Below are positions 17,410-26,606 of a stretch of 64,000 nt of DNA, in pieces; within the stretch, counting starts at the first letter, position 1; the number at the start of each line of letters is the position of its first letter. The stretch is taken from NCBI GenBank assembly GCA_964409335.1, contig CAYPCW010000003.1:6421-70420 (forward strand), in the 5' to 3' direction. The notes under the pieces were generated by a model, which was not told where the DNA came from, did no database searches, and was given only the letters and a program-made list of their open reading frames with translations. This stretch comes from an uncultured bacterium (lineage in GTDB: Bacteria > Fidelibacterota > Marinisomatia > SCGC-AAA003-L08 > JACNLC01). The translations under genes and the position numbers were made by a program.

Positions 17410-19439
17410 CCCTTTTCCGGTTGCGACCCTTTCATCCGTTGTTCACATTTTTCCCCAGTGCATTTCTCGCAGGTAGCTTGTCATTTATTTATTTTATTTT
17501 TGTCAACCTGATTTGGAGAATCGTTTTTTTATGTGTCCAGGGTGACGCTTTAGATGTCCACCATGGATGGCTCCTGATAAAAGCGGTATTTTTAGGACTA
17601 AGGCTGGATGGTGTGATTGCCGGCTATCTCACTCTCCCCGTTTTCATTACCGCCTTTCTCCCCATTATCGGATGGAAGAGCAAAACGTATCAGTCCATCT
17701 ATACGGTCTATAATATTGTGTGTGAATTTCTGATCTCATTTATTCATCTGTTTGATCTTGAATTCTTTAAAGAATTTGGAATGCATGTTAATTTTCTCAT
17801 CCTTCATCAGACGGGGAATGAAACCGAGCTATGGTCATATCTGACTTCCCAGTACCCTCTTGTAAAATATGTGATCATTCTTATTTTTATCACCATTTTT
17901 TTCGGGTGGATATTTATCCGGCTCATGTCTTATATCCGAAACACCAAAGCGGTCCGACCCATTCTGCAGTTTGCAGCGTTCATTTTTCTTTTTTCAGGGT
18001 TGGCTCTGGCGTGCCGGGGCGGTTGGCAGGAACGTCCTGTTGACTGGGGATATGCGATTTTCAGCGATAATATGCTGGCAAATCAGACTGCCCTGAACAG
18101 CATATTTTTCTTCGGGCGATCCATCGTAGAATTATCCTCTGAAGACAGATTGACAAAATTATTATCTGTATATCCCATGGACGAGGCTAAACAAACCACA
18201 TACGAACTGATTCGTCGCGGCGCTCACTTACAAACCAGGAACCCTGACTTACCGAAACACCCTCGCTTTAACGTGGTCATTGTCATACTCGAATCCTTTA
18301 CCGGAGCCCTGTGTGGTTTCCTTAATCCTCAACTGGAAATCGATGTAACACCCCATTTTGACGATTTATCGGCGCAGGGTATTTCTTTTTCACGCTGTTA
18401 TACGAACGGACAGCGGTCTGCTCACGGGATCAGTTCCATTGTAACGGGACGTCCCTCACTTCCCGGACTGCCCCTCATATATAAGGTCGAAGCTATGTCT
18501 GGCATTCCCACAATCGGAAGCATTCTTCAATCACAGGGATATTCGACTACATACTATTATGGTGGGGATGCCAACTATGATAATATGAGCGGATTTTTAA
18601 AATTAAATGGATTCGCTAACATTCTGGACCAACGCCATCTGCCTGCAGAATCCGAAGGGACGTCGTGGGGAAAATTTGACCACTATCTTTTCAAAATGGC
18701 GAAGGAAGATATGGACCAAATCACTCCCCCCTTTTTATCCGTGCTGTTCACGACAACGAACCACCAACCCTGGAGTGTACCTGCAGAATATGATTCTCAT
18801 ATCCCGCAATTTGCAGAAGCTCCCTTTCATCGTCAGAAGACAGCCCGGTCGATGGCATACGTCGATCAGGTCATCCACGAATTTTTGTTGGATGCTTCAT
18901 CCAGCGACTGGTTTTCGAGTACCATTTTTGTTTTTACTGCCGACCACGGACTGTGGGTAAACCACGATGACTTTGATGATCCGGTCAATGCCAGAATCCC
19001 CCTGGTGATCTATAACCCATGGATAATCCCACAGGGCAGATCCATCAATACGGTAACCAGTCAGGCGGACATCCTTCCTATTTTATTGTCATTGCTGGAT
19101 TTGGATGATTCCGCCCCCCCGCTGTGGGGTAAAAATACGCTGGCGTCCGCAGACGGATTCGCATGCCGGGTGGTCAATGACCAGATTTATTGGTATGAAG
19201 ATGATTATCAATACAAGGAGATACTCGATCAGAAAAAGGAGTGCTTTCGCATTTTACCCGATGGAAACCGATTTATTGAAACGGACATAAATATCCAGAA
19301 TACTCTCGAAAAACATTGTAGGAGCTATTTGCAAACCGCCTATTTTTCATTGAAGGAGAAAAATGTTATCGGGCAATCCACCCAACCTCAAAATGGCATG
19401 AACGTCGTAAATTTGAATCATAATTCTGATAAACAATAA
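17406..19439 (+). CDS. LTA synthase family / sulfatase-like membrane phosphotransferase
   Basis: 677 aa. About five N-terminal TM helices plus an alkaline-phosphatase-superfamily domain (VIVILESFTG, TNGQRSAHGI, FVFTADHG), the LtaS/MdoB-type architecture. Confidence 0.75.
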   Translation: MTLFRLRPFHPLFTFFPSAFLAGSLSFIYFIFVNLIWRIVFLCVQGDALDVHHGWLLIKAVFLGLRLDGVIAGYLTLPVFITAFLPIIGWKSKTYQSIYTVYNIVCEFLISFIHLFDLEFFKEFGMHVNFLILHQTGNETELWSYLTSQYPLVKYVIILIFITIFFGWIFIRLMSYIRNTKAVRPILQFAAFIFLFSGLALACRGGWQERPVDWGYAIFSDNMLANQTALNSIFFFGRSIVELSSEDRLTKLLSVYPMDEAKQTTYELIRRGAHLQTRNPDLPKHPRFNVVIVILESFTGALCGFLNPQLEIDVTPHFDDLSAQGISFSRCYTNGQRSAHGISSIVTGRPSLPGLPLIYKVEAMSGIPTIGSILQSQGYSTTYYYGGDANYDNMSGFLKLNGFANILDQRHLPAESEGTSWGKFDHYLFKMAKEDMDQITPPFLSVLFTTTNHQPWSVPAEYDSHIPQFAEAPFHRQKTARSMAYVDQVIHEFLLDASSSDWFSSTIFVFTADHGLWVNHDDFDDPVNARIPLVIYNPWIIPQGRSINTVTSQADILPILLSLLDLDDSAPPLWGKNTLASADGFACRVVNDQIYWYEDDYQYKEILDQKKECFRILPDGNRFIETDINIQNTLEKHCRSYLQTAYFSLKEKNVIGQSTQPQNGMNVVNLNHNSDKQ

Positions 19440-19448
19440 GGAACCTGA

Positions 19449-20498
19449 ATGAGCGTACTAACCATAGGAAACCGGGAAGTTGGCGGGGATAATCCGACTC
19501 TGATCATCGCCGAGATCGGTATTAATCATCAGGGGGATGTAAAAATTGCCCGGCAATTAATCGACAAAGCAAAAGACTGTGATGCGGATGTGGTCAAATT
19601 CCAAAAACGGACGGTCGACCGGATATTGACGAAAAGCGGGTTGGACGCTGCCTATGATAACCGGAATAGTTTCGGCGCTACCTATGGCGAACACAAACGA
19701 GCCCTGGAATTGTCTGAAAAAGATTACCGTAACCTTAAAAAGTATGCCGAGATGAACGGATTGATTTTCTGTGCATCTGGATGGGATGAAGAAAGTATTG
19801 ATTTTTTAAACGATCTGGGAGTGTTATTTTTTAAAATGGCATCGGCTGACCTGACGAATCTCCCATTACTGGAACATACGGCGAAAAAAGGAATACCCAT
19901 GGTTTTATCCACCGGTATGGCCGATTTTCCCATGGTCAGGGCTGCTTATGACCTCGTGTCCCGGTTTAATGATCAGATTGGTATTTTGCAGTGTACTTCT
20001 ACCTATCCATCCAACTTTAATGAAATTCATCTAAATGTTTTGCAGACGTACCGAAAAGAATTCCCACAAGCTGTGATCGGATATTCAGGACATGAACTTG
20101 GGATCGCTCTGCCCCCGGTGGCAGTTGCTCTCGGCGCCCGGATCATTGAACGCCACTTCACCCTGGATCGAACCATGAAAGGGGGAGATCATGCCGCATC
20201 TTTGGAACCTCAGGGTTTCTCAAAAATGGTTCGGGATATCCGCCATACCGAACAGGCATTGGGGAGTTTTGTGAAAAAAGTGCAGGAGTCCGAATTACCC
20301 GTATTTAAAAAGTTAGCCAAAAGCATTGTGACAACGGTTGAACTTTCCCCCTGTACAGAAATAACCGCTGAAATGCTCACCACAAAAGGACCCGGTACCG
20401 GGATTTCACCCATGCGGATAAACGACGTGATTGGGAAAAAAACAAAACATCACATTCCTGAAGATACGGTGATCAATGAGGATGACCTGATCTGGTGA
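19449..20498 (+). CDS. neuB: N-acetylneuraminate / nonulosonate (or 9-phosphate) synthase, NeuB family with SAF domain
   Basis: 349 aa. LIIAEIGINHQGD, VKFQKR, GYSGHE, ERHFTLD motifs and a C-terminal SAF-like tail. Confidence 0.85.
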   Translation: MSVLTIGNREVGGDNPTLIIAEIGINHQGDVKIARQLIDKAKDCDADVVKFQKRTVDRILTKSGLDAAYDNRNSFGATYGEHKRALELSEKDYRNLKKYAEMNGLIFCASGWDEESIDFLNDLGVLFFKMASADLTNLPLLEHTAKKGIPMVLSTGMADFPMVRAAYDLVSRFNDQIGILQCTSTYPSNFNEIHLNVLQTYRKEFPQAVIGYSGHELGIALPPVAVALGARIIERHFTLDRTMKGGDHAASLEPQGFSKMVRDIRHTEQALGSFVKKVQESELPVFKKLAKSIVTTVELSPCTEITAEMLTTKGPGTGISPMRINDVIGKKTKHHIPEDTVINEDDLIW

Positions 20499-20538
20499 TC
20501 TCTTTATTTCAACGGAATTTACTCATCCGGATTTACCT

Positions 20539-21033
20539 ATGCCCGGCGATATAGTGAAACTCCGGTCACCGAATATCCGGCTGGTTGCCAGCGATATCGA
20601 CGGTGTTTGGACAAATGCAAAAATGTATTATACTGAAAACGGTGAGTTCATGAAGGCGTTTTCCACATATGACGGGTTCGCGGTACAACTGCTTCATCAG
20701 GCGGGTATTCGCGTCGCGATTCTGACAGGAGAATCCTCGCAATCCGTTGAGAAACGCGCCGAAAAATTACAGATCGAACATGTTTACCTTGGGGAGACGG
20801 ATAAACTTCCCCGGATATGGTATCTTTGCAAACGGTTCCACATCGGTCCTGAGCAGGTGGCATACATGGGCGATGATCTGAATGATCTGGACGTGCTGAA
20901 ATCTGTGGGCATATCTGCTATGCCGTCCACGAGTCCCATATTATCCTTATTTACCCCGGATATCGTCACCAAAAGAGGAGGAGGGGATGGCGCATTTCGT
21001 GAGTTTGTGGATATTTTACTATCCCATCGGTAA
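20539..21033 (+). CDS. KdsC-family HAD phosphatase (Kdo-8-P or nonulosonate-9-P phosphatase)
   Basis: 164 aa. DIDGVWT (DxDG nucleophile motif), ILTGESS, GDDLNDL and GGGDGAFREF, the typical C0-type HAD of the KdsC family. Confidence 0.75.
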   Translation: MPGDIVKLRSPNIRLVASDIDGVWTNAKMYYTENGEFMKAFSTYDGFAVQLLHQAGIRVAILTGESSQSVEKRAEKLQIEHVYLGETDKLPRIWYLCKRFHIGPEQVAYMGDDLNDLDVLKSVGISAMPSTSPILSLFTPDIVTKRGGGDGAFREFVDILLSHR

Positions 21034-21045
21034 ATTTTTTACAAG

Positions 21046-22305
21046 ATGGTCTTTTATATTATCTATCTTGTGCTTTCGCCCGGGATATGGATACTGCTTC
21101 ATACCGTCGGTTGGCTGATCCCCAAAATCCGCACTCATATTATTCACCAGTATCCTGCCCTGATCTCAGCCAGACGAAAAATTCATGATGATAACCGCAG
21201 GGTAGTCCTTTTCCATGCCGCATCCGCCGGTGAATTCGAACAGGTCAAGCCCGTTCTCAAACGGATGGATCGTACCCGGTATCTGCTGGTTCAGTCTTTT
21301 TTTTCCCCGACCATTTTTTACAGGGAATACGGCTCGGGACTCTTTGATATCTGTTGTTATCATTTGTTCGATTTTCCATGGTCAGCGATCATTTTTTTCA
21401 GGACATTATTGCCGGATTATTACATTATTACCCGCCATGATATCTGGCCTCATCACCTGTTTATCGCCAAAAGGCTGGGTATTCAGGTGATCCTCATTAA
21501 TGCCAACCTGCATGACCGTTCTGCACGGTTACATCCCTTCAGCCAGTCTGCAAACCGGTGGTTGTTTTCTCAATTTGATACCATATTCACAGGTTCATCC
21601 CGGTTAAAAGCCAATCTTCTAAAACTTGTCCCCGAACCAAAGGTTGTGATTACGGGAGATACCCGGTTTGATCAGGTTCTGGAGCGAAAGAACGAAAACC
21701 ACCGCACGGTGCTCCCTAACTCATTTTTACGATCTCAAAATATCATTTTCGGGAGCGTCATTTCATCAGACATTGCGATCATCCATGAAACCCTCGGTCG
21801 ATACTTTATGCAGGGTACAGACTCCCTTATAGAAAAGAACCGACGGTTGATCATCGTTCCTCATGAGACGGATGACGAGACTCTGAATGAATGGAAATCC
21901 ATGCTGATTTCGCTGAATATGAAGCCGATCCGATGGGCTGAGGCGAACCCCCTGACTGATACCCGTGTTCTGTTGGTCGATACTGTTGGACAGTTAGCCG
22001 ACCTTTACAAATATGCGTCCATCGCTTATGTGGGTGCGGGGTTTGGCGCTGGCGTTCATTCGGTCATTGAACCTGCCGTTTATGGCTGTGTCGTTGTATT
22101 CGGACCCAATATTCACATCCTCGATGAAGCGGTTGATCTTTACCAGGAAAATATTGGCGTCATGGTTCATTCTGCCAATGATTTCATAGGATTGTTAATT
22201 CAGCTGGAAGACGCAAATAGCCTGAAATCCTATCAGGAAAAAACACTTCATTTTGTGAAATCCCGTCCCTTAAGTTCTGAGCGGATCATTTCACATATTT
22301 TTTGA
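21046..22305 (+). CDS. waaA: 3-deoxy-D-manno-octulosonic acid (Kdo) transferase
   Basis: 419 aa. N-terminal TM, FHAASAGEFEQVKP (WaaA HA.S.GE motif), and C-terminal GAGVHSVIEPAVYGCVVVFGPN. Confidence 0.85.
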   Translation: MVFYIIYLVLSPGIWILLHTVGWLIPKIRTHIIHQYPALISARRKIHDDNRRVVLFHAASAGEFEQVKPVLKRMDRTRYLLVQSFFSPTIFYREYGSGLFDICCYHLFDFPWSAIIFFRTLLPDYYIITRHDIWPHHLFIAKRLGIQVILINANLHDRSARLHPFSQSANRWLFSQFDTIFTGSSRLKANLLKLVPEPKVVITGDTRFDQVLERKNENHRTVLPNSFLRSQNIIFGSVISSDIAIIHETLGRYFMQGTDSLIEKNRRLIIVPHETDDETLNEWKSMLISLNMKPIRWAEANPLTDTRVLLVDTVGQLADLYKYASIAYVGAGFGAGVHSVIEPAVYGCVVVFGPNIHILDEAVDLYQENIGVMVHSANDFIGLLIQLEDANSLKSYQEKTLHFVKSRPLSSERIISHIF

Positions 22306-22309
22306 TCAA

Positions 22310-23068
22310 ATGAATAAGTTAAACTCAATATTTATACTGTTTTCCATAGGGTTGGTTTTGTGCCAGGATCAATTTGTACCTGGCGAGAAGCTTATTTTTT
22401 CAGCCGGTTTTCGTTTCTTTTCCGCAGGCGCTGCCTCGATCGAACTGTATGCCGATACCCTGAATGGCGTACCCCTTTACCAAATTATTTCGAAAACCCG
22501 TTCTGAAGGTCTATTGGATAAATTTTATAAGGTCCGGGATGAAATTGACATCTGGGTTTCCAGTGAAGACTTTGGCCTGATCAGGATGAATAAAAAGATC
22601 CGTGAGGGCAAATATAAACGGGATTTTAATGTTGAAATCGATCGTGAAACCCGGGAAGCGGTCATGGGATCAAAAAGGATGTCCATCCCTTCACAAGTTA
22701 TGGACCCTATTTCTGCGATCTATTATTTTAGGACAAAGAATTTAAAAACTGGGAATATTTATTCATTCATATCATTCGATAACGGTAAGATAAAAGACGT
22801 TCAGGTAACCGTTACCCACGAAGAAACCATCTCCGTCCCGGCCGGGATCTTCAGATGCTGGGTGCTGTCCCCTTCGTCACCCGATGGAACAACCCTGTTA
22901 AAAAATCAGGGAGAGATGACAATTTGGTTTACGAAGGACGATCAAAAACTACCGGCAAAGATTGTACAAAGTACCTCATTAGGATCTATGATCCTCGAAT
23001 TAAAGGACGTCCTCCTTCCGTTACCCAAAGAGCCTGCTGATGTCATTGAACATGACCAGAACAAATAA
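22310..23068 (+). CDS. DUF3108-like secreted protein
   Basis: 252 aa. Signal peptide and an opening GEKLIFSAGFRFFSAGAASIEL resembling the DUF3108 N-terminal pattern. No function known. Confidence 0.5.
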   Translation: MNKLNSIFILFSIGLVLCQDQFVPGEKLIFSAGFRFFSAGAASIELYADTLNGVPLYQIISKTRSEGLLDKFYKVRDEIDIWVSSEDFGLIRMNKKIREGKYKRDFNVEIDRETREAVMGSKRMSIPSQVMDPISAIYYFRTKNLKTGNIYSFISFDNGKIKDVQVTVTHEETISVPAGIFRCWVLSPSSPDGTTLLKNQGEMTIWFTKDDQKLPAKIVQSTSLGSMILELKDVLLPLPKEPADVIEHDQNK

Positions 23069-24085
23069 TAGAAGCAGAAGCATCACACCCACCTGCTGAA
23101 CGCTCATTTTCACTTTCGTCGGAAGCTTTCGACGGGAAATACCCTCTATCATTGCGATAACAATATGTCCTCCGTCCATTGCCGGGATTGGAAGAACATT
23201 TAATAATGCAAGATTTACACTGATAATCGCCATAAAATTCAGAAAGGATAATATCCCGTATTTGACAGACTCACCTGTGAGTTTAGCGATCATGATAGGT
23301 CCGCCGATTTCTTTTAAAGATGCATGTCCTGTGACTAGCATCCTAATGGAATCGAAAATGATGTCCAGCCAGTAGAAGGTCATGGATAACCCTTCCTGTA
23401 CTGACCGGATAAAAGTCGCCGGAACCACATCCATCCTTGGGGCGATACCGATCATACCCACCGACTTTAATTCACCCTCGATCATACTTTGATTGGATAC
23501 CGTCACGAGCGTGTCAATGAAGATTTCGCCGTTTCGTTCAATTTCCAATACGACAGATTGTTCAATGACTTCATGGATCTTCTCTGTCATTTCCGCCCAT
23601 GAGGATATCTCCGCCCCATTGACGGAGAGGATTTTATCCCCGGCGATAATCCCCGCAGATTCAGCGGGATAATCAGCCATCACATCTCCAACAACTGCCC
23701 TTTCGTCCGGTATGCCAACGCCAACATGATAAACGATTCCGGTAAATATTACAATAGCCAATAGAAAATTCATCAACACACCCGCAGAGGCGAAAAAGAT
23801 TTGCTGTAAGGGATTTTTCGACTGATATTCATAGTCCGCACCGGAACTCGAGGAGTCCATACTTTCATCGAGGATACCGGATACTTTGACGTACCCGCCT
23901 AATGGAAACAGACCAATACCATATTCAGTATCCCCCCATTTTTTCTTCAATCCGATACCGAAAAGATTGAAACCGAGGTAGAATTTTTCAACACGCATAC
24001 CTACAGATCTGGCGGCAAGAAAATGTCCCAGTTCGTGGACGAAGATTAATACACCCAACAGAATTACAAAATACACAAATGTCAT
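23021..24085 (-). CDS. rseP: RIP metalloprotease RseP (site-2 protease)
   Basis: 354 aa. HELGHF zinc motif in TM1, a central PDZ-like region, and a C-terminal NVLPIPAMDGGH motif. Confidence 0.9.
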   Translation of the reverse strand: MTFVYFVILLGVLIFVHELGHFLAARSVGMRVEKFYLGFNLFGIGLKKKWGDTEYGIGLFPLGGYVKVSGILDESMDSSSSGADYEYQSKNPLQQIFFASAGVLMNFLLAIVIFTGIVYHVGVGIPDERAVVGDVMADYPAESAGIIAGDKILSVNGAEISSWAEMTEKIHEVIEQSVVLEIERNGEIFIDTLVTVSNQSMIEGELKSVGMIGIAPRMDVVPATFIRSVQEGLSMTFYWLDIIFDSIRMLVTGHASLKEIGGPIMIAKLTGESVKYGILSFLNFMAIISVNLALLNVLPIPAMDGGHIVIAMIEGISRRKLPTKVKMSVQQVGVMLLLLLFVLVMFNDISRLFG

Positions 24086-24092
24086 AAATCAA

Positions 24093-25244
24093 TTATCCTT
24101 GAAGTTTTGAATTTAAAAATTGAGTTGTCCAGGCCATGAGTTCCCTGATTTGTTCAACATCCGGATCATTTACAGGGTTGTGACTGCTCATTGCCAACTC
24201 AATCACTCCTGGGATTTCTATAAAGGAAATTTTTTTTTGAAGAAATGCATATACGGCAAGATCATTTGCAACGTTTAAAACCGCAGGATATGATCCACCG
24301 GAATTTATCGCCTCATATGCCAGACTGATACAGGGGAATTTATGCAGGTCTGGTTTTTCAAACGTCAGTTGTCCGATAGATACAGGATCAAAATGCTTCC
24401 ACGATACCGGGGCATGATCGGGATATGTGAGTGAATACTGGATTGGGATTTTCATTTCCGGATACCCCAGTTGTGCTTTTACAGATCCATCTACAAATTC
24501 AACCATTGAGTGAATGATAGATTGGGGATGGACGACAATATCGACCTGACTCGCCGGAATGTCAAACAGCCATCTGGCTTCAATTACTTCCAGACCTTTA
24601 TTCATCATAGTAGCGGAATCAACCGTGATTTTCTCGCCCATTTTCCAGTTGGGATGTCTGAGGGCGTCTTCAATAGTGATCGTCGAGAAGGTGTCTATCG
24701 GACGAGTTCGAAAGGGTCCCCCCGATCCTGTGAGAATCAAGCGACGGATCTGGTCATGCTGCTCCCCAACCAGACATTGCCAGATAGCGCTGTGTTCGCT
24801 GTCAACCGGGAGTATCTTTACACCATTTTTCCGTTGTAATCCGGTGATTACTCCACCGGCGAGAACCAGACTTTCTTTATTGGATAACGCCACATTTACA
24901 CCGGCGGATATCGCCCGAATCGTCGGTTCCATTCCGGATGATCCTACCAAACCATTCAGTAAAATATCCACATTATCCCGGCCTGCTAATTCTAAAAGTC
25001 CATCACGGCCGGAAAGGATTTCAATGTTACCCGGCGGTAAATTTTTGACGGCTTCACTACCCGTCACGGAATCTGAAATACAGATGGTTTTCGGTCGAAA
25101 TTCGGCTACCTGACTGAATAGCAATTTTACATTCCGGTGTGCGGAAAGTGCGACGATCTCAAACTGATCCCTATGCTTTCTGACCACGTCCAGTGCCTGT
25201 GTTCCGATGGACCCGGTACTCCCCAAAATGCTGATCTTTTTCAT
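24093..25244 (-). CDS. dxr: 1-deoxy-D-xylulose 5-phosphate reductoisomerase
   Basis: 383 aa. ILGSTGSIGTQ NADPH motif, LSNKESLV, PVDSEHSAI and HPNWKMG. Confidence 0.95.
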   Translation of the reverse strand: MKKISILGSTGSIGTQALDVVRKHRDQFEIVALSAHRNVKLLFSQVAEFRPKTICISDSVTGSEAVKNLPPGNIEILSGRDGLLELAGRDNVDILLNGLVGSSGMEPTIRAISAGVNVALSNKESLVLAGGVITGLQRKNGVKILPVDSEHSAIWQCLVGEQHDQIRRLILTGSGGPFRTRPIDTFSTITIEDALRHPNWKMGEKITVDSATMMNKGLEVIEARWLFDIPASQVDIVVHPQSIIHSMVEFVDGSVKAQLGYPEMKIPIQYSLTYPDHAPVSWKHFDPVSIGQLTFEKPDLHKFPCISLAYEAINSGGSYPAVLNVANDLAVYAFLQKKISFIEIPGVIELAMSSHNPVNDPDVEQIRELMAWTTQFLNSKLQG

Positions 25245-25846
25245 AACGCTGTTGAGAATGTCATGACCGTATTCATATTTATAAGATTTCCGTCACGATA
25301 CAAAACCGCCTGTAACTGCATTCCGATAATTTTACAGATAACCCGTGAGACGATAATGGAAAATTGTTCATGATACCATCCGGGATCAGATAAATGAGTC
25401 CACGTGAAATGAATAGTATTGTGTTTATAATTAAATGATTGACCGATCATTCCGTACTGCCATTTGTAGCTCTTTTCACCATACCATTTCAATTGAAATA
25501 TCCCTAGTTCGAAGGCAGTCGTGCCGGTTTTTAACCAGGGAAGTTCGGGGACATATCCGAGACCAAGATGAATCAGAGGACTGAGGTGAGCATCGTATTT
25601 CCCGGGAGAAATTCCACCTTTCATATACAGGTTCGGGGAAACCCATAATTGAGAATTTAATGCGAATTCCGGGTTCGTCTTGTAGTAAAAGAGCGAAGTA
25701 GAAACGATGATATTTGAATTTTCAATGGTATCGTGGGGGATGAAAGAAAGAGATTTTGCCAGTTCTTTTTCCGGGATATTCGCAAAAACACAAGCCAATA
25801 ATAGAAAAAGTTGGAACTTGAATTTTAAAATGTTAAATAAGTCCAC
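25241..25846 (-). CDS. hypothetical secreted/outer-membrane protein
   Basis: 201 aa. Hydrophobic N-terminus, aromatic-rich alternating pattern. Overlaps the lpxA stop by 14 nt and the dxr start by 4 nt, so it is probably co-translated. No family recognised. Confidence 0.5.
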   Translation of the reverse strand: MDLFNILKFKFQLFLLLACVFANIPEKELAKSLSFIPHDTIENSNIIVSTSLFYYKTNPEFALNSQLWVSPNLYMKGGISPGKYDAHLSPLIHLGLGYVPELPWLKTGTTAFELGIFQLKWYGEKSYKWQYGMIGQSFNYKHNTIHFTWTHLSDPGWYHEQFSIIVSRVICKIIGMQLQAVLYRDGNLINMNTVMTFSTAL

Positions 25847-26606
25847 GACTGCTGGTTTCTATAAAATGAATAATTTTCTGAACTTCTGTCGTCTGTTCCA
25901 TCTCATTTTTTATCCATTCCAAGGCTTGGGAAACATTCATTTTAGATCGAAATATTTTATGGTACACTTTTTTAATGGTTGCTCTTTGTTCTTGTGAAAA
26001 ACCTCTTCTTCGGAGACCCACATTGTTCAACCCTGCATACTTCATGGGTTCTCCGGTTGCCAGGATATACGGGGGCACATCCTGTACAACCCGATAAGCT
26101 CCCCCGACAAATGCATGTTCACCGATTTTGCAGAATTGATGTACGGGAGTCAGTCCCCCTATCGTCGCATGATACCCAATCTCAACGTGGCCTCCAAGTG
26201 AGATACTGTTTGCAAGAATAACATTATCACCGATAATGCAGTCATGTCCCACATGAACATATGCCATGATGAGGACGTCACTACCGATTTCAGTCTTCCC
26301 GTGGGCTGATGTTCCTCTGTTCAGGGTACAATATTCTCTGACACGGGTCCGATCTCCGATAACTAATTCTGTCTTTTCACCATCGAATTTAAGATCCTGT
26401 GGCAAACCTGCGATGACTGCCCCCTGGAAAATATAGCAATCCTTTCCTATTCGGGTGTGGGCTTTAATTGTGACGTGGTCATGGATTTCTGTATTGTCGC
26501 CAATGACACAGTCGCCTTCGATAATTGAGAAAGCGCCAATGGAGACATTGCCTCCGATAACCGCATCGGAGTGAATAATAGATGAAGGATGGATGGTAGT
26601 GGAAAT
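25833..26606 (-). CDS. lpxA: acyl-ACP--UDP-N-acetylglucosamine O-acyltransferase
   Basis: Hexapeptide repeats, GAVIAGLPQDLKF, and a C-terminal LRRRGFS...SSRGLI typical of LpxA. The conserved N-terminus (STTIHPSSIIHSDAVIGGN...) lies upstream of the first ATG/GTG/TTG. The frame is open only back to TAG at 26618-26616. Proposed ATT start at 26606, 6 nt after AGGAG. Confidence 0.85.
   Translation of the reverse strand: MSTTIHPSSIIHSDAVIGGNVSIGAFSIIEGDCVIGDNTEIHDHVTIKAHTRIGKDCYIFQGAVIAGLPQDLKFDGEKTELVIGDRTRVREYCTLNRGTSAHGKTEIGSDVLIMAYVHVGHDCIIGDNVILANSISLGGHVEIGYHATIGGLTPVHQFCKIGEHAFVGGAYRVVQDVPPYILATGEPMKYAGLNNVGLRRRGFSQEQRATIKKVYHKIFRSKMNVSQALEWIKNEMEQTTEVQKIIHFIETSSRGLI

Noticed and set aside
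24510-25113. 109-aa and 184-aa plus-strand ORFs antisense to dxr
   Set aside because: Dxr motifs are unambiguous on the minus strand. The shadow ORFs have low-complexity Ser/Arg/Pro-rich sequence and no start context.
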